DNA of 62,993 nt, counting the filler, from Sphacelaria rigidula (taxonomy: Eukaryota): assembly GCA_964200075.2 (NCBI GenBank). It is 11 parts of 11 records of this genome, joined end to end, with 100 filler letters (N's around TTAATTAATTAA, not from the genome) between each part and the next. Parts side by side here need not be neighbours in the genome. Positions count along the whole stretch, not along the records: positions 34,417 to 40,052 come from CAXNAA020025685.1; positions 40,153 to 45,788 come from CAXNAA020025686.1; positions 45,889 to 51,523 come from CAXNAA020025687.1; positions 51,624 to 57,258 come from CAXNAA020025688.1; 7 more parts are not named here. One strand, written 5' to 3'. Below the pieces are notes generated by a model that searched no databases, had not been told where the DNA came from, and saw only the letters and a list, made by a program, of their open reading frames with translations. Positions 38,736-51,832 of this stretch are shown one piece after another. The stretch's first letter is position 1. Every line of letters starts with the position of its first letter. A program made the position numbers and the translations under genes.

Positions 38736-40707
38736 GTGTCTTGGCACTTTTTTTTCGATCGAAAAAACGAGGGATGCACACGCGGCCATTCGGCTACCCC
38801 CTTAAAACTCCTCTATCGTGATTTTCATCCTCTCGAGGGTGAAGTGACCCTCGGGAGGATAAAAATATCATTTAGGGTATTTCATTCTCGGTTCTGGTCA
38901 TGAAAGGAATCCTCTGGAGTGCATCTGATGCTTCAGTTACTTCTGAGGTCTAAATCCCTATAGATAGAGTACCAAAAATGTGTTGCACTGGAGGACGTGG
39001 TTTTCGTGAAGGTTCCTTGGAGGAGAACATGGACGGCAGAGGGAAATATGGGAGATCATTCCTCTGGCGGAGGGACCGGCTGGACCTTCAGGACGATCAC
39101 GCCAGAAAAATATATGAATCACCCGCCATTCACAGATTGAATTGCAAACCCGACAACACTCATCCCCAGCTATAATACCACCACGATAACCCTGCAGCAA
39201 AGAGCACGAGTTGGGCACAGGGATTTAGATACACTCTGCAGTAGTTGAGCATGACGTATGTCTTGTTGGTGGAAGTTTGAACTTGAGCCGCGGAGTATTA
39301 TGGTGCGAGCAACAACCGGCGGATCATTCACTGCATACACACCCATGAAAAGTGCAGGCAGACAAAGCTGCGCACACTGTCCCAAGTCATTTTCACGTTG
39401 CCATGTGAGCATAAAACATATAAAAGTCTTGCGCTGCCTGCACTGTCCTTTGTGCGCTTCCCTTTCACGTCCTACTGACTGCGGCGGTGAGCACGCTGCA
39501 AGAACGGGCATCGTGTATACCCGTAGCTCACGGTATATCACACCCCCATGCACCCGAAGTTACAGGCATCCACTTTGTTGAGCCACACGTGGCGCATATG
39601 CCGCGCTAACTCTGCAGTATATCGTACAGGAAGTATATAAGCTCGATATGGTCCTGTTCTACACGGTATTGTACTGTCCAGTACAGCATCAAACCATGCT
39701 TATTGTTGTGATGGTCATAAATATCACCATCAACGTACAGGATAAACCGATATCATGATTTTTCGCGTGTTCACTCGAAAAAAATGCTCCACTTTTGTGT
39801 TCGAATGGTGAACACCCGACTACGGGGTTTTCAAGCTTGTATGTTTTGGTCAATGAGGTTCTTCATGTCGTGTGTGTTGTCTACCCATCTATTCTGGGCA
39901 CCAGTCTTCACCTTACGGTGTATGAATAACAGTGTTTTCGTGAGATTAGTAGATGACACGATTGAGAGTGGCTTTGATCATTCGCTTTGAGTGAGTCATT
40001 TTTTTTATTCCACGTGTGCTTTTCTTTACCGCCATCACTTGCGTGTGCGTACNNNNNNNNNNNNNNNNNNNNNNNNNNNNNNNNNNNNNNNNNNNNTTAA
40101 TTAATTAANNNNNNNNNNNNNNNNNNNNNNNNNNNNNNNNNNNNNNNNNNNNGTTTTTGTGGGGTGTTTTTTTGGTTTTTGGGGGGGGGGGGGGGGGGGG
40201 GGGGGGGGTTCTAAATCCCATACAAACGCAGCTGTAAAGCTGCGTTTCTTGAATAAAAAAACTTCATAAAAAAAACAGCGCTTAGGTTTGTTCCAAGTCG
40301 CTGTTAGCTCCCCAGTAATTCAGGCGCCGATCTGCCAAACATGACGTCGATAGCGATGAGTCAATGTAAGTCAAAGTGCCTTTGTCGTTCAATACATATC
40401 TGGTATTGACGCATGGTGTTCGTTAATTAAAGATCCTGAAATTCTTCGTACAACTTCGGAGCCAAGTAAGGCCAAGTTATATATATATGGGCTTCGGCAG
40501 CACACAGCACATTTCATCGACTAAAATAAGACCAGACACATTCCACGATGCTCTGCAATGCTTGATGAATCGATCTAAATGCATCTATCTGCACCGCCAA
40601 TTCGTGCCCACTGTACGTCGCATCTTGTGGTGGCAGATAAGGCCAACAATCAAAGGCGCTACCTCACCCAAGTCGCCCCGAAAGGGCTATTTATTGAGAG
40701 TTCCTTA

Positions 40708-41180
40708 GGCCGCTTCTTGAAGACTGAAAAAAGTCTCTTTGAGAACTGCCCTTTTGAACCTTTCAATCACGGATTATTGGCGGAATACGGGCCTTGGCGG
40801 ATTGGGCCTCCTCGGAAAGATCGGCGATGTTTTTACGAGGATCCTAGCGCACTTTTCCGATTGTTTGTACACCCCGTTTTACTTTTGACCGGATTCTGAA
40901 TTTTTCAGCCGCCCCCCAAATCGTCCAGTTGTCGGGAAAAATGCGTACTTGTCCCCGACAAGTTTTGTGGGGCGACTGAAAAAATTCACAATCGGGCCCC
41001 AAGTCAAGCTGGGCGTACGAAAAAGCGGACAAGCTCGCTGGAATCCTCGTCAAAGATAATAGTAAATCTTTCCGAGGAGGCCCAATCCGCCAAGGCCCGT
41101 ATTCCGCCAATAATCCGTGATTGAAAGGTTCGAAAGGGCAGTTCTCAGAGATATATCTTTCAATCTATAAGGAACTGCCT
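40708..41180. mobile_element. MITE with ~165-bp inverted arms, PIF/Harbinger-like
   Basis: ctttcaatcacggattattggcggaatacgggccttggcggattgggcctcctcggaaagat and its reverse complement; TTA|GGC...GCC|TTA ends. Confidence 0.75.
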
Positions 41181-41689
41181 TAAGGTGAAGAAAAAGAAAT
41201 CCGGCGACCGCGGGGGGGGGGGGGGGGGGGGTACATGAGGTCTGTTTTTGTTTTGGGCACCCTTGAAGTGGCACTAGCTTACCTTGTCCGGTATTACCAC
41301 GTGTTTTTTTGTGCGTGGTGGGGAGAATGTGTTCACAAGTTCCGTAGGCGAATGCCCGCCCTCTGAATGTTGAATGTTGTTGAACCAAGGTTGTGACAAT
41401 TTGCGATCAATACTTGCGATAGAACAAAGTGTATTGCTTTGACGACATATTGTGTGGGGGGTGTGCAACTTTCAATGAATGCCGAACACTCAAACCTGCA
41501 TCTTCCCCCCCCAAATGAAGGCTATTGCATTCCTGGAAGCGAATATGTAGTATTCGGAATAAGAGTTCACCGCCTATAGCAAGCAACCCCCCTCCCCCCC
41601 CCCCTCTACTGTCCCTCTCCCCTATGTATCGCATGCTCTCTTCGGCATGTCCACGACCCTGCTCCATCGTTTCGATCTATCTCAACCAG

Positions 41690-43090
41690 GTGGTGCAGTT
41701 GAAGGAGTTCCTGCGCTACTACGAGTTACCTGTCTCCGGCAGGAAAGACGCCCTCATCGCGCGCCTGAAAACCGCGCGGGATATATCGTCGCCGGAGCGC
41801 CCCCCGCCGCCGACCACCACAGCTGAAATAACGGACGATGGCGACGATTCATCGGGCGCCGCTGACTTCTCGGCCATCGATTTGTCGTTTACTTCATCTG
41901 CGTCCACAAACGTCCAGGACGTCAGTTGCGATGGAGGGATGGATAGCACTATTACTCCCTCACACTCCCACCACCAAGAAGAGGAAAGTCCGGACTCGTC
42001 GTCGCCCCTGCATGACACCACCCCACGGGGAGGAGCGACCAATTGTTCAACGGATGCCCCCGATGGTGTTGTCGGAGGTGGCGCTGAGGATGCGAACTCC
42101 TTCTCTGAGACTACCCCCGAGAGCAACAAAGTGCTGTCCCTCCGCGAACGACTGCAAGCGCGGGCCAAAGAAAGAGAAGCTCTCCAAGACGCGGCTGCTG
42201 CAGCCCGGCAGGCGGAACGGCGGGGGAAACATATCACCAAGCGCGTCATCCGTAGCGGTAATGGCAGCGGTAGCGGCAAAGACACAGCCAATTCCAAGTC
42301 AGCGGGAGATCAAACCAAGTCCTGTGTAACCCCAGCGGCTGCCTCGGCAGCAGCGGCGACGGCGAGGAGCGCGGTCGAAGCGACTGCACCCACTAGGAAG
42401 CCGCTGGGTGTGCTCGACGGCCTTACCAACGTGTCGTGTGGCAACAGCAACAGTAGCAGCAGTAGCAGGTCGGGCGGTGGCGGTGGCGGCGGCGGCATCG
42501 GAGAGGGAAGAAGTATGACCAAGGCAAAGGCGGGAATGCCCCCGCCTCCGACAAGTTTCAAGAGGACCAGCGGTGAAAATATTCGTGGGACCATCATTCG
42601 ATCATCGTCCACCGTCACGTCTAGCTCAGCCGCGGCCATGAAGCGAGAGAGGCCCTCGCATCAAAATGAACCGACTTCTGGGGGTCCCCCAACGGGAAAA
42701 CTGACGGCACCCTCTCCTTCCTCATCAGCACGAGCGGGGGCTGCCACGAATGGTGCTACCTTAAGGGGTGCGGTGAAGAGGGCCGCGGTCGAGGGCAACT
42801 CGGGCCGTAAGGTCGACGATGGGCGGAGTCGTGCGTTGGCCAGTGTTAATAACAGCGGCCGTCGCGTAGGGCGTGGTAAGCCGGAGTTGGGTGTAGTAGG
42901 CGCTAAGCATACATCGAACAAGCGGATCAAGTTGGAGGAGCGCGGCGGCGGAACCAACGGAAGTGTTGCCTCCTCTTCCACGCGCACGCCGTCGTACTTG
43001 AAGCCTACCATGTCGACTGGTGCGCAGGCTAGAAGAGCCGTACACCCGAGGTCGAGTGGGACTGATGGGAATGCGAACAAGAGCAAATAA
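41690..43090 (+). CDS. SAP-domain protein, long terminal exon with disordered tail
   Basis: CAG|VVQLKEFLRYYELPVSGRKDALIARLK (SAP motif), then a stop-free 1.4-kb frame to TAA; UTR-like sequence follows. Confidence 0.85.
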   Translation: MVQLKEFLRYYELPVSGRKDALIARLKTARDISSPERPPPPTTTAEITDDGDDSSGAADFSAIDLSFTSSASTNVQDVSCDGGMDSTITPSHSHHQEEESPDSSSPLHDTTPRGGATNCSTDAPDGVVGGGAEDANSFSETTPESNKVLSLRERLQARAKEREALQDAAAAARQAERRGKHITKRVIRSGNGSGSGKDTANSKSAGDQTKSCVTPAAASAAAATARSAVEATAPTRKPLGVLDGLTNVSCGNSNSSSSSRSGGGGGGGGIGEGRSMTKAKAGMPPPPTSFKRTSGENIRGTIIRSSSTVTSSSAAAMKRERPSHQNEPTSGGPPTGKLTAPSPSSSARAGAATNGATLRGAVKRAAVEGNSGRKVDDGRSRALASVNNSGRRVGRGKPELGVVGAKHTSNKRIKLEERGGGTNGSVASSSTRTPSYLKPTMSTGAQARRAVHPRSSGTDGNANKSK

Positions 43091-46000
43091 TAACACCGAA
43101 AGTGAAGCGGTAAATATGTAGGGAGGACGCTTCGTTCGGCTCTCGTTCTTGGTTGTGATTTTGTTCGCTTCCCTGTCGATTGTTTTGTTGGGGTGTGCAG
43201 AAGCCTACCAGAAGGGTTTTTGTGTCTAGTGGAGTTGATGTCTGAGGGGTTTGGCGATCGTGCGCTTTGTTCGGGTCTTGTTCGTCGATGGGCACAAAAC
43301 TCTGAGGGTATGTCACGCCAATGGTACACTGCAGCCCGGAGAGTGTAGAGGTGATGTGTGGCGGGGCTGCATGGTTCACGCAGCCTACCGGTTTATTCTT
43401 TCTTGCATGGTGATGCTGTAGCAACGCCTAGCGCTACAATTTTGTTTCGTCGCTTTTCGTTTTCCGTGTGGCGGTGAATCCACATGTGCCGTCTGCGGTG
43501 AAGTGCTGACGATTTGGCATCAATGTACATTGTCCAATGTTGTCATGAACCGCAGCGTACAGTAGCGACATCGTTTTCATGTTTTTTTTCGATGACGCTG
43601 CGCTTCGAGAAGATGCATGTATGTGCTGTTCGTGCCCGTGTTTCTTCCTTGTGGTGCTGCGTTGTTCTGCAAGCGTCAAGTATGTCGGGGTTCCACCTTG
43701 GTGTATGTGTCTGTGTATCTATAGTTGGCGTGTATATTTTTATGGCACCATGTTGACAACGATGTTAAATTATTTCGTCTTTTCTGCGCTGGCAGGAGAG
43801 AGATCCTGTGTAGTGTTTTACAAGTATTACGTGGTGGGTTCATGGGGGCAATGGGTGAATCGACACGTGGAGGCCAAATTATTGTTAGTGGAGTGTACAG
43901 AGATGTTGAGATCTTGTGTTCATGTTTCATTGATCTCACCAGCGTCGTTTGGAAAAGCTGTTGTTATTCACCGAGCTGTAAAATATTGCGAGGCGGTTGG
44001 TGTGCAATATAATGCAAAGATGTGTGCTTATTCCCGATCACGTTCACTCTCTAGCTTCGTTGGGGGGCGCGCTCATCTGTTGCTTGCCTTAGTCATTTCA
44101 CCATGACCACTCATCCCTTTCGAGACGGATTATTGTTCCTACTCCTAATCGAAACACCTCCAACATCTGGGCGCTGATCACGAGCTGGTCTAGCCTAAAA
44201 ACCGATTTAAGCTCTCAAAGCAATATGTGATTGAAACAGACGAGCTGGGCCGTGATCCGCATATCGTATTAATTGTCTACTCAACGGGAAGATAGATGCC
44301 CATCTACCCAAAAGTCTGAGCCATATTTTTCTCGCTGATTAAGCGCCATGTCGAGTAATTTCAATACCGTACGGAGATAGGGTCCATATTAAAATCTACA
44401 TGGAGCCCTGAACGATATATACAGCGGATAACGTCGATTTTTGGTGTGGACACTCCCTGGAGCACGGGGAAACGATTGATACCCTCACCTTTTACGTAAT
44501 TCGATTTTCGTCCTCACCTTCATATGATTCGTTGTTTATCTCCAGACATGGTGAACATCAGATTCCATACTAGAAATCAATACACTGTGAGCAGAGGCAC
44601 CAAATGCACTAAAACTGGATTTCACGTCTCAGTCTGTGAGAATTGTGCTTTGAAATTTGGTTAGAGAATCGCTGGGTTATATTATACTTCTTAGCTTGTT
44701 GAGATTGTTTTCATTTTTTTCTTATTCGGGGCGTTTTGCGTGAAGAAAGATGGACATTATTCTTGGGCCCCTATCTCAGTTTTTTAACTCAGCTGTTAGG
44801 ATTGTGATTTGAAACTTCGCATGAAGAATCGCAGAGGCGTGCTGAAAAGAAACAAAAGGTGCCTTTTTGTTTCTGCAGAGTTAAGGGCGCTTTCCTGAAA
44901 ACATGGACATTATTATACGAACAGGCGTTTTAACTCATGAAAAAAAGCAACATGTCCCATTTTTCTTGTTCACCATGCCCTGGCGAGGTCCAACACAAAA
45001 TCTCAAAACACAAGCATCAAATCTGGGCCGGTGAGTGGCCTGCAAAATACTGCTCCGAAAGTCGACCGGCCCGGTTTCTAAATCGCCCCGCCTCGCCTTA
45101 ATTTTGAGAGTTGGACTTCCAAATTTGGCACGGAGGATGAATAGGGCACAATGAAGAACATGTTTCGGGCCATGAGTTTTTTCATGAGTTGACGGACATT
45201 TTATTGAAAACTTGATACTGCTTATTGCCTTAAAATCATGAAAAAAACTTATCTTCCCGATTTTCTTTTTTCATAGTGTCCCGCCATTAATTCTCTACAT
45301 CAAATTCGAAAGCCTAACGATCAAAATTTAGGTGATGCGGGACCTGCAATCTACACTTCCGCTTCTTTGCTGGACCAACTCGTGCGGGTCTTCCATACGT
45401 TACACAAAACCTTTTTACATATACGAATCTTATTATATCCCCATTCTGTTTCGTCGTCTGTGGTCACCATGTATCTCCTAGAACAGCAATTAACAGGGGA
45501 TTATATAAAATGAGGTTGATCAATGAAATGAGGTTCGAGGAAGCTAGCCAGCATGCGACAAAAACCCGAGGGAAGCACCGTCCGTAAGTGCCTTCGACCA
45601 TTTTCGGGGGGGAGTGGGGGGGGAGTGGGGGTGTACTCCTTTGTTGCTTGCCTTAGTCGTTTGACTATTATTGACCTTTCGAGACGGGGCGTGGTGGATG
45701 GTCAAACGACTCAAGCAAGCAACGAATAATACTAGATCCTAGAAAATGGGGTTCATACAAAATATGGGGTTGAAGTGGCATTTCTCTTNNNNNNNNNNNN
45801 NNNNNNNNNNNNNNNNNNNNNNNNNNNNNNNNTTAATTAATTAANNNNNNNNNNNNNNNNNNNNNNNNNNNNNNNNNNNNNNNNNNNNGCATTTGGATGA
45901 CAGCCTACAACGAGTTGCTTTATTTTCTGGTATCGCCACTTCCAGAGACAGTCACGGCTTGTGCACTGCCTCTTGGGTGCGTCAGGGGGGGAGGGGGGGG

Positions 46001-47476
46001 GGGGGCGTATTCATTTGTTGCTTGCCATAGTCATTTGACCATTGAACACGCATCCCTTTCGAGACGGAGCAATAGTTTGGGGGGAGCAGCTACATCCTCA
46101 TGATGGGATATTGCATATTGCAGTGCGTAGCACGAAAATTCATAACCGAGTGCTCGAACAGGTTACGGACACCAGAATAAAGCAACACCCACCACGTGGG
46201 CATATGCGTCAACAACCCTTTGACAAAAAAGGCATGACATGGAGGGGAGCGAGTGCTCAAACTTGAAGCGTGGAAAGCGATTGGGATCTCCCACACACTG
46301 CAAACAGGTACGACGATGATGCTAGTACTTCACCTAAACTCAGGCGCTATACATGTGAAGCCAAAATAGGCTGGCGGAGTACACCCCTCAGGACCGTGAG
46401 AGCTGAACTGCCGCTTCCTTGATGTGTCTGCGCTGTGTGTGAAGGTATAATCGATCGATGAAATCAATCAAGGGTCGGACAAATCAATGATTCGTCTGAA
46501 AATTACTTGGTTTCAGTGTAATTGATTCGAATCGTACGATTCAATCCCTAGGCTCCGTTTTCAGCGTTGCAACCCAGGTACGCGCAGCTTAGACACGTGG
46601 AATGGCGCAAGAGTTGCGTGGATACCCCTTGGACCAGCGGTCAACTTTTTTCTCCCTTTTAAGCAATCAGGCGGAAGAAATCGTGGATTTAGTGATTCGA
46701 ATCCGTGATGATTCGTCCTAACCGTGAAATCAATCATGCCAAATGTTCTTCAATCACATGCCGTTCCGCGTCCACGTGTCTGTCGAGTGAACAGTGTATT
46801 TTGCATCGCGTAAAAGAGGAACACCATAGGTTACTGCGCATAATACCCCGTAGTGTGGAACGTTTTCTGGGCCCAAAACCCTATCATCGCCCGCTGGTGA
46901 TACTCAAGGAGGGTGATCGCAACGTACTCCGGAATATTACTTCAAGTACCGGTTTGATGGCAAATATAGTCGAACATTCATCACCCACGGGTGTAATTCA
47001 ACGGCGTATTCCCGTATCGGCGTTCATTCACACCGTGAGCCCTGGTGGGTGCATGACTCACGAGGGGTCGCCACTACTCCCGTCAACAAATTCGACCTGA
47101 CCTGACTCAACTGGTGTAAAATCAACGTTGAGTATGGAATATGAATGTAACGACCGAGACGACGACTATGAAACGCGCGCGTGAGACGGGTCGACAGTAA
47201 AAATGGAGCACCTTACAGCACCTTAAAACTTCATTGAATAGCGCATCATCACAGCTTCGGGACACACGCAGAAACGAGGCGCAAATCAGATAGCGGACTA
47301 TTAGACTGAGCCAATTCTGCTAAGATAAGCAAGTGTATCAAACCGAGCATCAAACGTCATCATCTCCCTGCACCTGCCGCGTCAAGAGTCCGAACCGCTC
47401 CCGACGGCAAGCGCTGCCGATCTCATACCTCAGCCTGACCAAACCCACGATGGCACACAGAGGGAAAATCCCTCAC

Positions 47477-47767
47477 CTTTGCAAAGCCCCATTCCTTCCA
47501 CACATCCCCGCGGGGATCCATCTCAACTCTCCACTTGTTGGGCCGAGCCCTCTTGATCCCGATGTAATTCCAGTCGATTGCGTGATGCCTGGTCGCGACC
47601 AACCCACCAACCGCTGACTCCTCCTCTTCTCGTCCCCGTGCTGCCGTCGTAATCGCCTTTGGCGCCGGCGGTGCCGCCGCACTCTGCTCGCCAATAGGGC
47701 GTATCGGCTGGATTTTGGTGTATCCAGCAAATGCGTGTCTGCGGGCGAACAGGCGCAGCTCGAAATC
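47477..47767 (-). CDS. Exon ending in the N-terminal half of a possible AP2-like DNA-binding domain
   Basis: cacacacccag|DFELRL...NYIGIKRARPNKWRVEMDPRGDVWKEWGFAK|GTGAGG; 291 nt, phase 0; resembles YRGVR..wgKW.AEIRDPR..G.F. Confidence 0.5.
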
Positions 47768-47859
47768 CTGGGTGTGTGATCCGCGACAAAAAATACAGGA
47801 GGGTGAGTACATATATATATATATACATGTCGTAAGTGCGCGAAATTGTAACGACGCAG

Positions 47860-48560
47860 GATATTGCAGATTTTGCTAACGCCTCCTTATCGACATTCAG
47901 CCGACCTGTACTCGAAAACAGAGGGGGCAAAGAATGCTCGGCAAGTCAATGTACCGACGAACCGAGTGTATGCAGGTGTGAATGCACGTGTCGGGATGTG
48001 GCGTATTGAGGTGTCGGAACGTCTGTTTTCGTGTAGGGAGCAAGAGTGTGTGGTGATGTGAGTGGGAGCGTGTGCACAGGCGTTGAAACGTCCGTGTCTG
48101 CGAAGTGCATTGCGTGAGACTGTTTGTGTATGCACGCACGAGAGCGGAGCATTTTCGCACACGCCTCCTTACCGACAATTCGCATGAGAGCGGAGAATTT
48201 TACACACGCCTTCTTCTCGACATTCGCTCGAAACGGGAGGCGGCGAAGAATACTTGGATCTTAACACCACATAATGTACCGACGAGCTAAGTAAGTTACA
48301 TAGAATTTGTAACGATGCACGAGAGCGCAGCATTTTGCTAACGCCTCCTCATCGATACTTACCCGACCTTCATGCGAAACCAGAGGGAGCGGAGAATGCT
48401 CGGCACGGTGATGTATCGACGAACTGAGCGTGTGCAGGTGTCGGAACGTCTGTACACGTGAATGGGGGTGTAAAATATATATATTTCGACGGTGATGTGA
48501 GTGAGAGTGTGTATGCACGTGTCGAAACGTGGTGTATGAAGATGGCGAAACGTCCGGGTT
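47860..48560. repeat. Diverged tandem-like repeat
   Basis: ttttgctaacgcctcct.atcga...agaatgctcggca...cgacgaac.gag.gt.tgcaggtgt at ~47871 and ~48333, partial copy at ~48150. Confidence 0.65.
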
Positions 48561-49540
48561 CGTGACGAAGCAAAATGTATGGTGATATACCCTCTACATC
48601 CATACTACATGGTCTTTCAGTTCTGTGTTTTTATATCCGCATTTACTCGTCGATTACACCTGCACTGCCCTCTTAAATTAGTCAGTTCATTTTTCGGGCA
48701 CCACTTAACGCAAGTGGGGATAAGTTTGTCCTTTCACTAGGGCTTGGCAAGCGTCACACCCTCTTCTCGACAAAAGTCGCGCGAGACCAGAGTGAAGCAA
48801 AGGTCTCGAAAGGCTTGTAAATAGGTATGTATATATATATATATATATATATATTCAAGCCGTACGGGACCCGGGGCTGCGTGCGCCCCGGTCCCGTCCG
48901 TCTCTTTCGAGGGTCTCGGTATTCTTGCCTTGCCAAGCCCTCGTGAGAATAGATCCTCTCTCGAAAAGTTCATGCCCGCCGGCAACATCGCAGAACCACC
49001 GCGATCGCGCGTCCGATCAACCGGTCGCGAACGCATGTGTAACCCCGCACAAAGTAAAGTACGGATCCGCTAACCGGACCCCTAGCATTGGCATTGCTCC
49101 CGGGGCGGGTACGAAGGAACTTGCAAAGTAAAATCAGCATTGAATCTCGTGGACGCCTCGTTACAAAGTATGCTTCACGCCCGTGAGTTCGAAATATCCT
49201 CCATATATACTATATATACAAGGTTCCCCCTCGGGAGGTTGGTACGGGCCTCCTGGGGTGACGCAAGTCGAAAGTATAAAATATAGTTCATACGCCTTTT
49301 CAGTGCGCTGAAAAGAAAGCGTGGGAAAAAATGCCTTGTCGGCAGAGAAAACTCGGCAAAAGCGGTGAAAAATGCGAAATGATTCGTGTACATAATATAC
49401 ATGGGTTGAATACGCAGAGAAAAAGCGCGCGAGTCATCGCTGTGTCCGCGACGATCGAGCAGGTATTTATTGCCCTCCGCGAAAAATAAAGAGACGTGGA
49501 CAAACAAACACAACTGATGAGGGAGCCTCCTATTACATAG

Positions 49541-49834
49541 AACAATGTTCTCGTGAGATTGAGAGTAGAGGATACGATCGAGAGTAAGAAGCGGTCGATG
49601 AGTGAATAAATCGTTTCAGTTCCGAAATGCCCCTCCGCGAGGCCCGATATACTTTCTGTAGTAGCATGCCACTGACGCCTTTGATATCCCTGAGTAGGAT
49701 ATCAGTGTGAAACTAAAAGCACAAGCCAGTGATGGAGGCAAAGAAAAGCACGCATGGAATAAAAAAACGGACAAGTTAGATCGAATGACCAAAGCCACTC
49801 TCAATCAGCGCTCTTCTCTCAATCTCACATTGTT
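49541..49834. mobile_element. MITE of the AACARTGTT TIR family
   Basis: aacaatgttctcgtgagattgagag / ctctcaatctcacattgtt. Confidence 0.65.
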
Positions 49835-50086
49835 ACAGGTCACGTACGACTTTGAATGCACACCTTTGGCCACAATTCACCCATCATATCAAATACCCGT
49901 ATTTTCCAATGTGATGATTGGTACTCGATTATACTTGCTTTCAGACTGAAGAAAGTTCTGAGAAAATCCATGATTTGGGGCAGGTGAGCAGGGATGAGCA
50001 GTAGACCCAGGTCGTCCAGAACGTGTTTTGGTCCAAAATCGGTTCAAAGGCGTCGATTTGAGCTCTCGCAACGCACGCTTTACTCA

Positions 50087-50942
50087 AGGCCTTCACTATC
50101 GTCCAATGCAAAAAATTGGAGAAGGTCTGAATTTCCGGCAATCGCCTAGGGCTCGTTGTCATCTAATTTACTGTTGCTGTTAGATATCTCATTACAGATG
50201 GTGCTGATCTAGTCGTTTGCTTGCCTTCGCCGGCAAAATAAAGGACAGGGTTATGCTACCTGCCGTGTATGGCGTTCATAACTGTGGCAAACATATTTCT
50301 CACAACCTCTCTGTGATACGGGGGGGCAGTCGGACAGGTTAGGGCGTGATCGACTGACTCTCTCGGGATGCTGCAGGACCACACATGAGTAAGAATGCCG
50401 ACTGAAGAAAGCCCCGTGCATAGATTGCAGCATGCTTGCTCTCTGTGAGTTGTATGTGCAGATACACCAAATAAAACCACCAGCTATACACTTTTCAGAC
50501 GGTGCACTAGCGTACACTCGAAGCAGCACTGCAGGCAAGTAGGTAGTTACTGGATTGTTTCTGCTCTTCACTTCGAAAGTGCGTTTGTCTGCAAACGACG
50601 ACCACCGTGCTTGATCCCAACAGCTCCAACACCGATGCCGGGGCACACACGGTCTGAGAAAATAGACACCGCCAACCCGCGGTGCTTTTTACTCTACGGC
50701 ATAGCCCCGAGTGTCACTAGCAAGGTTCCTGATGATTCTCGCATGCTTGCGAGCGCCATGGCGTCCCCCAAGGGCAATTCGGCGGAGTATTGCGCTGCGG
50801 TCCGAAATATTTGCGTTCGCCAAACGTGAAGGCTTGGCGGAAAAATCTAGCCGCTTCATTTTCGGAGAAGGCGAAGCGCCAGGTGAGAAAACGCCTGAAA
50901 TCTTGGCGATCTCCTGAAAAGCTGTGTCGATACTAACGGCCC
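50087..50942. mobile_element. PIF/Harbinger-like non-autonomous element
   Basis: Diverged TIRs aggccttcactatcgtc / gtcgatactaacggccc with TCA/TTA flanks; splits a telomere-hexamer repeat in two. Confidence 0.5.
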
Positions 50943-50946
50943 TTAA

Positions 50947-51043
50947 CCCTTAGACCGCGAGATTAGCCTTGTGTTGAATCGGCATCAATTTCAAGTGAAA
51001 AAAGTATGCATGATCCAGAAAGACTAATCTCGCGGTGTAGGGG
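50947..51043. mobile_element. 97-bp piggyBac-like MITE
   Basis: TTAA|CCCTTAGACCGCGAGATTAG...CTAATCTCGCGGTGTAGGGG|TTAA. Confidence 0.8.
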
Positions 51044-51832
51044 TTAAGAAACACTCTGCGCTCCCCTTTCCCGAGAGTTGTCGGTATGCCTTGGTCGATG
51101 TTAAGGTTAGGGTCAGCTTTAGGGTTCGTGGCATCTCCATAGTACCAACCATTGTTTACGTATACTTCTTTAGGTCCCTTCTGTGAAGTACTTGTGAAGG
51201 GATGCATCCTTGTCACAAGGACATATTTGTCATCGCTGTCACAACGACAAACCTGTCAACCCTGTCACAAGGATATCTCTGCGCCTATGCCTTACAGGTG
51301 CATCCTACGGGTTGCATGATCACAGGGATTTCAGCACCCCCATTTGCTGGTCAATACAGGTGATCCACAGTGGGGACGCTTGCCCACGTGTGTGCCTTTT
51401 TCAGCTCGTCGAAGGCTCACCGCACGGTCTGGTGTTTGCTGTTGACTAAGGCCAATGCAATGTTCAAATGTTTTCAACTGCATTGCTCTCATGTTCTCGT
51501 GACATTGGCGGCATAAGCGGTGTNNNNNNNNNNNNNNNNNNNNNNNNNNNNNNNNNNNNNNNNNNNNTTAATTAATTAANNNNNNNNNNNNNNNNNNNNN
51601 NNNNNNNNNNNNNNNNNNNNNNNGGTTTGCGGTCCCCGCTTGCCGTCACGCCCCCCTTAAAACCCCCCCGTCTATACACGTCAGCCGACCCCCCCCCCCC
51701 CCCCCCCGACTACTGCTACGCTCCATATAAGACCAAACTATCGTAAGCAGTACCGGCGATGCACACAATGCCTTCATACAAGTTCAATACCTCATGAAGC
51801 GTTGATGAGAGTAAGCTCCACAGCCTCATTTT

